Notes: generated from the sequence alone by a model not told the origin. 64,000 nt of DNA from Candidatus Enterousia scatequi (GCA_018064405.1 JAGHVG010000003.1:49152-113151), one strand, 5' to 3'; shown: positions 1 through 8,999, counted from the first letter of the stretch. Numbers and translations are program-made.

Positions 1-283
1 CAGGTTTATGTGAACCAATTTTAAGTTTTAATGCTTTTTTAATATAATACGACACAGGTGGTAACTTCATAATAAATTCAAAGCTACGATCTGTATAAAC
101 AGTGATTATACATGGAATTGGCATTCCAGGTTCTTTATCAGCCGTTTTGTCGTTAAATTGTTTGCAGAATTCAGCGATGTTAACACCCGCTGCACCTAGC
201 GCAGGACCAATCGGTGGCGCAGGATTTGCTTGTTTTGCAGGGACGACTAGTTTGACAATCCCTTTAACTTCTTTTTTTGCCAT
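1..283 (-). CDS. rplK: 50S ribosomal protein L11, N-terminal part; gene runs off the window start
   Basis: Minus-strand translation from the ATG at 283 reads [76 protein letters not shown], the conserved L11 N-terminus. It lies immediately downstream of nusG, the canonical secE-nusG-rplK order. It is absent from the ORF track because it is truncated by the window edge. Confidence 0.8.
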   Translation of the reverse strand, partial: MAKKEVKGIVKLVVPAKQANPAPPIGPALGAAGVNIAEFCKQFNDKTADKEPGMPIPCIITVYTDRSFEFIMKLPPVSYYIKKALKLKIGSHKP

Positions 284-373
284 TTTTTCACTCCATTGTT
301 ATGATGCATATGCATCTGGTTGTGTTGTGGTACGATATGGCGTATCTACCACAATTTCGGCGCGTTATTACGC

Positions 374-907
374 CTAAACTCTTTCTACCTGTGTAAAGTC
401 AAGTTCAACACTGGTTTCACGACCGAATACCAAAATCGTAGCGGTCATTTTTTGTTTTACATTGTCCACTTCGGCAACAACACCGTTAAACCCATTGAAT
501 GGACCATCAATAACATGCACTTCTTGACCAACTTCGTATGTGGTTTCGTCTGTGACCACAGAACCTTCTTCAACCTGTTTCAACAGACGTCTTGCTTCTT
601 CTTCACTAACCGCGATTGGTTTCTGTTTTGCACCCAAAAACATAACAACCTGGGGCATCAATTTGACCAATGAAAAGGTTTCGTTATTCATAATCATTTG
701 CACGACGATATATCCAGGAAAGAACTTCTTTTCAGATTTAACGCGTTTTCCGGCCTTGATTTCCATAACTTCACGCGTAGGAACCAAAATTTCACCAAAA
801 TACGCATTCAGACGGCGTTTATCAATCTGTTCACGCAAACCGCGGGCAACCTTGTCTTCACAACCTGTATGAACATTTACAACAAACCATTGCATTTTAT
901 CTTCCAT
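374..907 (-). CDS. nusG: transcription termination/antitermination factor NusG
   Basis: 177-aa product with an NGN domain (WFVVNVHTGCEDKV) and a KOW C-terminus (GQEVHVIDGPFNGFNGVVAEVD). Conserved synteny with secE upstream and rplK downstream. Confidence 0.92.
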   Translation of the reverse strand: MEDKMQWFVVNVHTGCEDKVARGLREQIDKRRLNAYFGEILVPTREVMEIKAGKRVKSEKKFFPGYIVVQMIMNNETFSLVKLMPQVVMFLGAKQKPIAVSEEEARRLLKQVEEGSVVTDETTYEVGQEVHVIDGPFNGFNGVVAEVDNVKQKMTATILVFGRETSVELDFTQVERV

Positions 908-926
908 TGCATATCCTTTGTCGTTT

Positions 927-1106
927 TTAGAAAATCCAACTAACGATTGCGTTCAAAACCCAATCAACCAAAAAGAAAAATAACGCCGCAGCCGCAGAAA
1001 ACACCAAAATCATTATTGTTGCACGAACAACCGTATCACGCGATGGCCAAACAATTTTAAACCATTCACCACGCACAGATTTAATATATTCAAACACTTT
1101 TTTCAT
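927..1106 (-). CDS. secE: preprotein translocase subunit SecE (single-TM form)
   Basis: Reads MKKVFEYIKSVRGEWFKIVWPSRDTVVRATIMILVFSAAAALFFFLVDWVLNAIVSWIF, the typical short SecE. It sits between tRNA-Trp and nusG. The ORF could extend upstream to 1169 (MVQLSQ...); the shorter start is chosen by analogy with ~60-aa alphaproteobacterial SecE. Confidence 0.75.
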   Translation of the reverse strand: MKKVFEYIKSVRGEWFKIVWPSRDTVVRATIMILVFSAAAALFFFLVDWVLNAIVSWIF

Positions 1107-1171
1107 ACTATTTTTCCAACACTTCTGCGACTTTTGTTCAAATTGTTCCAGTTGTGACAACTGAACCAACT

Positions 1172-1245
1172 TGGCAGGGGCAAAAGGAATCGAACCCTTA
1201 TCCGCGGTTTTGGAGACCGATATTCTACCGTTGAACTATGCCCCT
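1172..1245 (-). tRNA. trnW: tRNA-Trp (anticodon CCA), CCA 3' end encoded
   Basis: The reverse complement AGGGGCATAGTTCAACGGTAGAATATCGGTCTCCAAAACCGCGGATAAGGGTTCGATTCCTTTTGCCCCTGCCA folds as a cloverleaf. The anticodon loop is CUCCAAA, as in E. coli tRNA-Trp. It is in the conserved position upstream of secE. Confidence 0.88.
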
Positions 1246-1347
1246 ATAAACCCATTACGTACCATATTACCCCGTTAGTCTGTGGCAAGATAGCACACAC
1301 ATACAAAAAATCAAGCGGAAATATTATAATGTTTAAAAAAATTTGAC

Positions 1348-1411
1348 GCAAGTAAAAAGTTAGTTGTTCTCACAATCATTTTTTTTGAAAAGAGATTCAC
1401 TTTTTACTTGC
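1348..1411. promoter_or_regulatory. perfect 13-bp inverted repeat (GCAAGTAAAAAGT ...38 bp... ACTTTTTACTTGC) overlapping the putative virB8 promoter (TTGCAC-18-TACAAT at ~1408-1437)
   Basis: Read directly from the sequence. The arms are at 1348-1360 and 1399-1411. A GGGGGAG Shine-Dalgarno sits at 1451-1457, 6 nt before the TTG start at 1464. Confidence 0.35.
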
Positions 1412-1463
1412 ACAATATTTATATTTTTTTCTACAATCCACTTGATAACAGGGGGAGAAAAAC

Positions 1464-2120
1464 TTGCAAACCCGCATGCAACCGCCATTTTTAATGTCGC
1501 GTATATTGACACTGGTTTTGGCCAGTGCGGTTGTCGTTTTAATCATTATGGTCGTGACACTGGGCAAAATGTTTCCTCTGGATCGTCCACAGGTGTTCTT
1601 TTTGACAACACAACCAACGGCAGATGTTGAGATAACACTGACCGAAATGCCGAAAAACGTTGAAGATTTTAAGAAAAACTTCATTATGGAATACATCAAG
1701 GCGCGCAACGAGATTGTTCCAGACATGACTGTTATGCAACGGAAATGGTCCGAAGGTGGTATAATAGATACCCTGTCAAGCAACAAGGTGTTTGCTGAGT
1801 TTATTAATCAAAATGACGATATATGGTATGCCGTATTACAAGATGCCGATAATTTCCCCGGTGTTTGCACTGTTGAATTCCCATCAGAAGTGTTTTTGCC
1901 GTTTGCAGAAAACACATATCAGGTTAAATTCATATATACATGCAATTTGGGTGGACAAACCCGCATAAAAGATTATACAATCAAATTGAAATTAGAAACT
2001 GGGGACACTGAAAAGTGGTCTGACAGATTGGATAATCCGCTTGGGATGCGGGTTATAGAATATTCTGTGATGGATGGAAATTCAGACCCATTATCTGAAC
2101 TAAACCATCTGGACAAGTAA
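1464..2120 (+). CDS. virB8: type IV secretion system protein VirB8
   Basis: 218 aa with an N-terminal TM (ILTLVLASAVVVLIIMVV) followed by a periplasmic NTF2-like region containing the conserved NPxG motif (DNPLGMRV). It is the first gene of a virB8-9-10 unit. The start is TTG at 1464, preceded by a strong SD. Confidence 0.7.
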   Translation: MQTRMQPPFLMSRILTLVLASAVVVLIIMVVTLGKMFPLDRPQVFFLTTQPTADVEITLTEMPKNVEDFKKNFIMEYIKARNEIVPDMTVMQRKWSEGGIIDTLSSNKVFAEFINQNDDIWYAVLQDADNFPGVCTVEFPSEVFLPFAENTYQVKFIYTCNLGGQTRIKDYTIKLKLETGDTEKWSDRLDNPLGMRVIEYSVMDGNSDPLSELNHLDK

Positions 2121-2140
2121 AATTAAGGTAAGGAAAGAAA

Positions 2141-3637
2141 ATGAGCATTACAAAATCTATACTGAACATATCTTTATTTTGCATGGTGGCGGTTGGTGTT
2201 ATGCCTGCAATGGCTGAATATAATTTTTCGTGGGAAAACGCCAATGCAAATATGGCAAGTGGCAGTGTTAAGCCAGGATATGCCCAATTATCATGGTCAC
2301 AGGGCGCGGTTTTGCCAATAAAATTGCGTGATGGTATGGTCACAATGATTTCCTTGCCAAATGGCGAACAAATTGCAGATGCGGTTGTTGGTGATCAATC
2401 ATTGTTTTCAATTGAAACAACCCAGGGTGACCGAACAATGTTTGTGACCCCCACCGGTGGTAACGAAGGTATCAGCACAAATATGATTGTAATGGGGCAA
2501 TCGGGCAACAAATATATATTCTATTTAACTGCAGAACCATCCAGTTCCAGCGAAGTTGCCTATTCCCAGGTTGACATTATATTAGATGGCAATTCAAATT
2601 TACCAAATATTGCACAAAAAACGACAACATCTGGCGGAATGGCGTCTATATTTAAAAAGAAGGCATCGGCATCAAACACTGTTGGGGTTGATGGTGAAGA
2701 TTATGGTTGGATAAAGACCATGAAAATAGATCCTTCTGAATTCCGTTTTGATTTGGATATTTTCGTTCCAAATCCTGACGATTATGTGATTGCACCCGAA
2801 CGTGTATGGCGCGATCGTGTATTTACGTATATTGATTTTGGTGACAAGGTTATTTCTATGACTCAGCGTCCTGTGGTGTCATTGTTGGTTGAAGGTGGGG
2901 AATCACCCGTTAGTTTCCGTACAGATGGCGAAGATAGCCGTTTGTTGATTGTTGAAGCGGTTGGCGACATGGTATTACGCAGTGGTCAACGTATCGTATG
3001 TATCAAAAGACGTGCAAAGCCATTTTTGATTGCAGACACTGCAAGTGTTATGGCATTGGCAGAGGCCAATGTTGCACAAAGTATGATGTCTGGACAATCG
3101 TTGAATAATATTGCCTATAATGCAGATACATATGCGATGAACGCAGACGTGAATTATACTGGGACCCCTGTATTTGTTTCAGATAACACCGTACCATCTG
3201 CAAACGGGTATTATATGCCTGCGGGATACAGCACAGGTTCAGCATCTACATCTGGGCTGACGATGTTACCTATGGCGCGTGAAACAGCGGGTTCTTATTT
3301 ACCACAAACAAACATACCACTTATAACCAGTAATCAGGTTGGTGTTGCGGTTGAATTAAAATCAGATACATCTGTTAAGGCATTAAATGACTATTGGACT
3401 GGATTACTTGCTAAATTTAGTGGGGATTCTGGGGCTGGGTTATTAACACCGTATAAGGATATGGTTTTCTTTGCTGTTGATGAACAGGGTGTTGGTGATT
3501 TGGGTTCAACATCTTCAACTGCGCGTTTATATCGCCTGCGTATTGGACCAATGGCGGATATTGATACGGCCCAAAAGTTATGCGATCAGTTGTTAAAGTT
3601 CAGTGGAACATCCTGTCACGTCGTTAGAATTCAATAA
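2141..3637 (+). CDS. virB9: type IV secretion system protein VirB9 with a C-terminal SPOR (peptidoglycan-binding) domain
   Basis: Signal peptide (MVAVGVMPAMA). The VirB9/TrbG N-domain is present (SLFSIETTQGDRTMFVTP...NKYIFYLTAE), as is the VirB9 C-domain (EFRFDLDIFVPNPDDYVIAPERVWRDRVFTYIDFGDKV...LRSGQRIVCIKRR). An ~200-aa extension ends in a SPOR-like fold (QVGVAVELKSDTSVKALNDYW...ARLYRLRIGPMADIDTAQKLCDQLL). Confidence 0.75.
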   Translation: MSITKSILNISLFCMVAVGVMPAMAEYNFSWENANANMASGSVKPGYAQLSWSQGAVLPIKLRDGMVTMISLPNGEQIADAVVGDQSLFSIETTQGDRTMFVTPTGGNEGISTNMIVMGQSGNKYIFYLTAEPSSSSEVAYSQVDIILDGNSNLPNIAQKTTTSGGMASIFKKKASASNTVGVDGEDYGWIKTMKIDPSEFRFDLDIFVPNPDDYVIAPERVWRDRVFTYIDFGDKVISMTQRPVVSLLVEGGESPVSFRTDGEDSRLLIVEAVGDMVLRSGQRIVCIKRRAKPFLIADTASVMALAEANVAQSMMSGQSLNNIAYNADTYAMNADVNYTGTPVFVSDNTVPSANGYYMPAGYSTGSASTSGLTMLPMARETAGSYLPQTNIPLITSNQVGVAVELKSDTSVKALNDYWTGLLAKFSGDSGAGLLTPYKDMVFFAVDEQGVGDLGSTSSTARLYRLRIGPMADIDTAQKLCDQLLKFSGTSCHVVRIQ

Positions 3638-3643
3638 AGCGGT

Positions 3644-5971
3644 TTGTTTGGTATGAGTAAGTTAAAAGATCAATTTAATTCTATGCGCGAAAACATGCCA
3701 AAGGGCGTGATGTGGTTGCTGTTAATTGCAACATTTATCGTGGTGTTGATATTATTGACGCTAATATTTACACATTCTAACAAGGAAGGCGACAAGGAAC
3801 AATCAACACCTAACGTTGAACAAATTTATTTGAACATTGCCCCTGATGCAATTGATTGGGCTGATACGCCCGTAGATACAAAGAAAACAGAAAAAATAAA
3901 GGTATCTGCGACCGCACCAATCAAAGTATCCAAGGTTAGATTGGTTGATGATATACAAAATCTAACAGTTAAAGAAACCTGTACCTTGATTTCTGTGGCC
4001 CCAGATTTTCCTTGCACTGTAACTGTTGAATACAAACCAATGGCGGAACAGGAAAATAAAACAATACCATTATACATTGAATGGTACGGTGCAAACGAAA
4101 CTATAGATATGGTTAAACAATCTGTGTTAAATATAACAATTGGTGCATTTAAGGAATATGAAGAACCAGTATATATTCCAACGCCTGTTATTGAACCTGA
4201 ACCGGTATTTGAACCTGTTAAACAAGAAATACAAACAGCGGTTGAAGAAATTGCACCCGCATTGCCGGTTGTGTCAGATACCCCAACCGCACCATCAGAG
4301 GCATGTTCAGATTTCGCGCTGCCTGGTTATAATACAAACGGAACACAAATTGGATGGATAAAACCAGAATCTGGGACATATTATTTTCACCCATTTGATG
4401 ACAAAGAATGTAATAATCCAACGGGCATATATAATCCGGATACTGGCATTATAATGGATATTAATAAATCTGGCAAAAAAATCGGAACAGACGCGGAACA
4501 CATTGGATATTCGCCCATAATAAATGGGACAATGCCACAATTAAAATCAACGTCCGACACAACCACGCCTTCAAATTCAGTTCGCATTTATGGGGGAATG
4601 GGCAATTTAAAAGGAACATTTCTTGGTTCTGGGATGAACTTTATCAAGAATGACGTTCAAGCGGAAAAATACTTAGGATCTGGATTGGCGGAATCTGTGA
4701 TATCATCACGCCCGTATGATCGGACATTCATATTACGTCAATTCAAACCAATCCCAGCCACAATCGTATCAGAGGTTCGTGCAGACCCCAGCATATATGG
4801 TTGCGATGGCAGTGGTAATTGTACAGGTGGTGGTATCCCGGTTCGTGCAACAGTAGACAGAAATGTTTATTCCGATAATGGTCGCACAATTATTTTACCA
4901 ACTGGAACATTATTGTTGGGATATCTGAAGGGTGAATTGCCAGGACCATATAAATCAATTGGACGTATGCAAATTAATTGGTATCAATTTATTCGCCCAG
5001 ATGGCGTAGAGTTTAATTTTGCTGGCGGCCAGGATCCATATTCGGCAGATGCCCAGGGCCGTGTTGGTGTTCCGGGTCATGGTAGCACAGATTATGTTGA
5101 ACAGATTGTTATGCCTCTGCTAACGGCAATTGTACCGGCTGCGGTAAACCTGATTGCGCCAATCGCAGATACATTTGTTAATCAAATTGATTTGGATAAT
5201 AATACGGTTGTCCAAAGTGGAACGGTTCGTTCATCCGAATTAGCCAAAAATCAAGTTATAACCGCCTGGAATCAGGTTGCACAGAAATTGTTGGTTGATG
5301 CATTGGACAATACAGTTCCCCCATTTTCAATCGCCGCGGGAACACGTATAACGGTATATTCACCAGTTGATTTAATTGTGACATGCGGTGATGACGAAGG
5401 TAAAAACTGTAAAATTTCTGAATATTCTAATAACAATCGTCGTCCATGGGCATCTGTAAATAATCTGGTTGGGGTTAATTACGCAGATTCATCATGGATT
5501 GGACAGGCCCGATCATTCCAAGTAAGTAATTGTTGTAACACTGATGGCACGGTTATCCAAAATTGGCAGGCAAGCCCAGCATGTAAGGATTATGATTATA
5601 GAACCCTGCTGTTTTCATGCCAGGCAAATCAATACCAAGCAATTAATAACGCGAAACAGGCGGCATTATATGCTAATCAATCTGATCCGAATAATGCAAA
5701 TAGTGTTGCTGCTGCAACGGCAAATGGAACACAGGCGTATAATGAACAAGTATTAGGATTGAAATATAACGCAGATGGTTCTATACAAAATCCATTTAAT
5801 TCATCCACCAATAATACGGCAGCTGCGGCGGCCCCAGTGATAACGTGCGAAGATGGTAATTTACCAGATACGTATGGTTGCTGCGCGGGCGAGGTTTATA
5901 CAGATATGGGGGACCAAGGATTTAATTGTTGTCCTTCGTCAGGGGGCGATTGCTTCCCACCAATAAAATAA
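3644..5971 (+). CDS. virB10: type IV secretion system protein VirB10 with a long Cys-rich C-terminal extension
   Basis: N-terminal TM (VMWLLLIATFIVVLILLTLIF) and a Pro-rich linker (EEPVYIPTPVIEPEPVFEPV). The VirB10 beta-barrel core is recognisable (RATVDRNVYSDNGRTIILPTGTLLLGY...RMQINWYQFIRPDGVEFNF...DAQGRVGVPGH). After it come ~250 aa rich in Cys/Asn/Ala (SNCCNTDG...CCAGEVYTDMGDQGFNCCPSSGGDCF). The annotated start is TTG at 3644; a possible ATG is at 3653. Confidence 0.8.
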   Translation: MFGMSKLKDQFNSMRENMPKGVMWLLLIATFIVVLILLTLIFTHSNKEGDKEQSTPNVEQIYLNIAPDAIDWADTPVDTKKTEKIKVSATAPIKVSKVRLVDDIQNLTVKETCTLISVAPDFPCTVTVEYKPMAEQENKTIPLYIEWYGANETIDMVKQSVLNITIGAFKEYEEPVYIPTPVIEPEPVFEPVKQEIQTAVEEIAPALPVVSDTPTAPSEACSDFALPGYNTNGTQIGWIKPESGTYYFHPFDDKECNNPTGIYNPDTGIIMDINKSGKKIGTDAEHIGYSPIINGTMPQLKSTSDTTTPSNSVRIYGGMGNLKGTFLGSGMNFIKNDVQAEKYLGSGLAESVISSRPYDRTFILRQFKPIPATIVSEVRADPSIYGCDGSGNCTGGGIPVRATVDRNVYSDNGRTIILPTGTLLLGYLKGELPGPYKSIGRMQINWYQFIRPDGVEFNFAGGQDPYSADAQGRVGVPGHGSTDYVEQIVMPLLTAIVPAAVNLIAPIADTFVNQIDLDNNTVVQSGTVRSSELAKNQVITAWNQVAQKLLVDALDNTVPPFSIAAGTRITVYSPVDLIVTCGDDEGKNCKISEYSNNNRRPWASVNNLVGVNYADSSWIGQARSFQVSNCCNTDGTVIQNWQASPACKDYDYRTLLFSCQANQYQAINNAKQAALYANQSDPNNANSVAAATANGTQAYNEQVLGLKYNADGSIQNPFNSSTNNTAAAAAPVITCEDGNLPDTYGCCAGEVYTDMGDQGFNCCPSSGGDCFPPIK

Positions 5972-5993
5972 ATCGTAATAGCAACCAAACAGA

Positions 5994-6020
5994 CGTGCAT
6001 TTTGTTGCACGTTTTTTTTT
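5994..6020 (+). terminator. rho-independent terminator after virB10 (CGTGCATTTTGTTGCACG + T9)
   Basis: Hairpin followed by a 9-T run, read from the sequence. Confidence 0.6.
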
Positions 6021-6056
6021 ACGTAAAACAATAAATAAGAAAAATAGGAATAAAAG

Positions 6057-6107
6057 CCGATTCGCGACAAAAAATCTAAATACGTTTGCGAATCGGTTTT
6101 CCGATTC
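6057..6107. promoter_or_regulatory. CCGATTC repeat cluster (direct + inverted + direct) upstream of the 6187 ORF
   Basis: CCGATTCGCG at 6057-6066. GCGAATCGG at 6088-6096 is the reverse complement of CCGATTCGC. CCGATTC recurs at 6101-6107. The layout is operator-like. Confidence 0.3.
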
Positions 6108-6186
6108 ACATATCAACCAACGGTTGTAATTTTTGAATTTATTCCTGTTTTTATTTTAAACTACATTAACCAAAGGAGAAGAGAAA

Positions 6187-6525
6187 ATGAACACACAAAC
6201 AATAAAACAACCCGATACATTTCATAGCGCTGAACAAATGTGGTTTTGGTTTATATACTCTAAATCATTACAAAATGGCTATATTGGGCGCCACAGTACA
6301 TCATCAAAGCGAGTATGCGAATTATTAGATTTTGAAACATTAATAACAAAATTATATTTATCTGGAAAACTGACCGACGAACAATTAAACGTTATGAAAA
6401 TTTTTGGTGACAAACGGCGCGCACCCCATCAATATATTTGGGCTGAAAATCAGGCTGCATATCAATGGAAAACCGCAATGGATGTAATAGAAATGGCGGC
6501 ACGTAAAAATGGATGGATTGAATAA
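6187..6525 (+). CDS. hypothetical protein, possible small DNA-binding protein
   Basis: 112 aa with a good SD (AAAGGAGAAGAGAAA-ATG). It has a weak HTH-like segment (LTDEQLNVMKIFG). No confident family assignment. Confidence 0.4.
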   Translation: MNTQTIKQPDTFHSAEQMWFWFIYSKSLQNGYIGRHSTSSKRVCELLDFETLITKLYLSGKLTDEQLNVMKIFGDKRRAPHQYIWAENQAAYQWKTAMDVIEMAARKNGWIE

Positions 6526-6539
6526 AAGGATTGGTAATC

Positions 6540-6881
6540 ATGGTTATTATAGGATTTTCAACAACAACTTCATTATTAATACCAAACATTTTGTGCAGCC
6601 ATTTTAAACATTGTGCGGTTATAACACAAAAACACAATAAGATGTTTCTGTATCAATTTGTGCGGTATAAACACACCGACATCATAGAAATCAATGACAG
6701 TGGAATAAATAAATTGGCTAAATATGGGTGGGTATTCATCTACATACCTAAAAACATATCATCTGATTTTAATTTGCGTAATGCCATAACCTGTGTTGAT
6801 ATGGTCAAACGCGCAATCGGATTAAAACGTTTATCCATCCAAACCCCTGATAAATTATATCACTATTTGATTGGTATTTAA
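6540..6881 (+). CDS. hypothetical protein
   Basis: 113 aa from the ATG at 6540 with an AAAGGA SD 10 nt upstream (the ORF track starts at TTG 6531). It is tightly linked to the preceding ORF and followed by a bidirectional terminator. Confidence 0.35.
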   Translation: MVIIGFSTTTSLLIPNILCSHFKHCAVITQKHNKMFLYQFVRYKHTDIIEINDSGINKLAKYGWVFIYIPKNISSDFNLRNAITCVDMVKRAIGLKRLSIQTPDKLYHYLIGI

Positions 6882-6885
6882 TTAA

Positions 6886-6908
6886 AAATGCGCCAGATGG
6901 CGCATTTA
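6886..6908. terminator. bidirectional terminator hairpin (AAATGCGCCAGATGGCGCATTT) between convergent genes
   Basis: Perfect inverted repeat with T-runs on both strands. Confidence 0.6.
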
Positions 6909-6911
6909 GAT

Positions 6912-8483
6912 TTATTTTGACCCACGTTTAATAATATACATCTGGACAATTCCAAATATATTAGATACCGTCCAATACAAAACCAAACCTGCCGGCATCC
7001 ATGCAAACATAACCGTAAACATAATCGGCATCCATTTCATAACCTTTTGTGTTTGGGCAGCCATATCATTTTTATTCTTAGTATTCCCAGGTGATTGCAA
7101 ATATTGTTGAACCCACATTGTCGCACCCATTAATATTGGCAATATAAAGTAAGGATCCATAACCGACAAGTCAGATATCCACAAGAAATGTGCACTGCGC
7201 ATTTGAACAGATAATAGCAACGCCTTGTAAAGTGCAAAGAAAATTGGAATCTGAATCAGCATCGGCAAACAGCCCGACATTGGTGACGTTTTGTTTTTTT
7301 GATATAAACGCATCATTTCCATTTGCTGACGCTGTTTATCGTTTGGATACAGTGATTGAATCTTTTGCAATTCTGGTTGCATTTTTTGCATCGCAAGTGT
7401 GGACACGTATGATTTACGTGTTAATGGCCACATCAATATACGCACCAATATCGTAAAAATAATAATCGCAATACCATAATTACTGACCAAACCGTCCAAT
7501 AAATTCAACGACCAAACCATCGGCCGGGATAAAAACCAAAACCAACCATAATCAATACTGCGCGCGATTCCCGGAATCGCAGCAGATGCCGTATTCAAAA
7601 TCTTGCTATCACGTGGTCCAACATAAATATTTGTTGTTATATCCTTGCTTTCCCCCGGTGCAACAGATACAGATTCCGCCTTGATGTTTGCAGAGTATAA
7701 ATCACCCTGCTTTTTGATACTAATTGTTTGGTCGTTTGAATCAATTGATGCGACCGTTTCCCAATATTGATCAACAAAACCAGCAAATCCAGATACCGTT
7801 GAATACGCATACGATTTTTTATCAAAACGTGCCCAATCTTCGTGTTCTATTTTGGAATTAGCATAAACAATTGAACCATTATAAACACCTGATGACGATT
7901 TCATATTGTTATACCGCAAAATATGGGCATAAGGTGCAAAACTGACATTACGACCAGAATTGTTTTTTATTGTATCCGTGATTGTTATTAAATAATTATT
8001 GGCAGTAACTGTGCGAGTAAAATCAATATGATCGGAATTACGCCATGACATTTTACCATCTGTGGATTTCCATACTGTTTTTATGTCTGGCGCAGTTGTA
8101 CCAGATGGTGTAAGCCCAACCTCTATAAATGCACCATCACCAGAAACTAATGTGACAGAATCCGAATCATCTGAAACAGATGCCTTAAAATCTGACAACT
8201 TAATATTTGATACGCGAAGCCCCTGCACTGTCGCAAAAATTTTATCAGACGAAATATCTGATGTTGGCACAGATGACAAATCAACAACAACAGGTTCATC
8301 ATTGGATATCGTATTTACATTATCCGTCTTGGGTGATAACCACAAAGACAGCAACCACCATGATAACAAAAACACAACCAACCATCCAAATAGCCCCGAA
8401 AAAAATGATGGTTTTTTGGCCGCATCCCTGCCTGCTGCCCACTGCGCAAATCCAGAATTATTATTATTCAAATATTGAACCAT
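6912..8483 (-). CDS. yidC: membrane protein insertase YidC
   Basis: 523 aa with a large periplasmic domain and the conserved C-terminal 5-TM core (LQKIQSLYPNDKQRQQMEMMRLYQKNKTSPMSGCLPMLIQIPIFFALY). Confidence 0.92.
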   Translation of the reverse strand: MVQYLNNNNSGFAQWAAGRDAAKKPSFFSGLFGWLVVFLLSWWLLSLWLSPKTDNVNTISNDEPVVVDLSSVPTSDISSDKIFATVQGLRVSNIKLSDFKASVSDDSDSVTLVSGDGAFIEVGLTPSGTTAPDIKTVWKSTDGKMSWRNSDHIDFTRTVTANNYLITITDTIKNNSGRNVSFAPYAHILRYNNMKSSSGVYNGSIVYANSKIEHEDWARFDKKSYAYSTVSGFAGFVDQYWETVASIDSNDQTISIKKQGDLYSANIKAESVSVAPGESKDITTNIYVGPRDSKILNTASAAIPGIARSIDYGWFWFLSRPMVWSLNLLDGLVSNYGIAIIIFTILVRILMWPLTRKSYVSTLAMQKMQPELQKIQSLYPNDKQRQQMEMMRLYQKNKTSPMSGCLPMLIQIPIFFALYKALLLSVQMRSAHFLWISDLSVMDPYFILPILMGATMWVQQYLQSPGNTKNKNDMAAQTQKVMKWMPIMFTVMFAWMPAGLVLYWTVSNIFGIVQMYIIKRGSK

Positions 8484-8999
8484 TTATTTACCCTTCTTTT
8501 TTAATATTAACAAATTCAAAATATACAAACATACACCAACAACTATACACACATCTGCAAAATTAAATGCCGGCCAGTGCCAATCGCCAACGTGCCAATC
8601 AATAAAATCTATGACTGCGCCAAAGCGAATTCTATCAATTAAATTACCAAGTGCGCCGCCTGCAATTAATGCCAATGGAAAACGTTCATAATCAGATGCA
8701 CGCTTAAACAAATAATAAATAATCAATCCGATAATTATACCCGTTAACAACGTTATAATCCACGGTGCCGTATTTCCCAACGCCCGAAACATAGAAAAAG
8801 ATGTTCCAGGATTCCAGGTAAAAACAATATTAAACCAATTAAATACATTACCCATTAAATATGGATACTTTACAATCGCCCACGCATTACCAAACAATGG
8901 CACAGCCCCTGTAATTGCGAACAACAGCATCCCCTTGACCAACTGGTCCAGCAATATTACGAATAGAATTGTCAGCAAATATTTTAATATTTTTTTCAT
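8484..8999 (-). CDS. lspA: lipoprotein signal peptidase II
   Basis: From MKKILKYLLTILFVILLDQLVKG; carries LspA motifs (NPGTSFSM, FNFADVCIVVG). Immediately downstream of yidC. Confidence 0.85.
   Translation of the reverse strand: MKKILKYLLTILFVILLDQLVKGMLLFAITGAVPLFGNAWAIVKYPYLMGNVFNWFNIVFTWNPGTSFSMFRALGNTAPWIITLLTGIIIGLIIYYLFKRASDYERFPLALIAGGALGNLIDRIRFGAVIDFIDWHVGDWHWPAFNFADVCIVVGVCLYILNLLILKKKGK

Noticed and set aside
102-673. Plus-strand ORFs 102-377 and 320-673
   Set aside because: They lie antisense to rplK (1-283) and nusG (374-907), which have unmistakable conserved translations. Low-complexity products.
927-1169. Longer SecE start at 1169
   Set aside because: The extra 21 residues (MVQLSQLEQFEQKSQKCWKNS) are not typical of single-TM SecE. 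The ORF is open, so kept as an alternative only.
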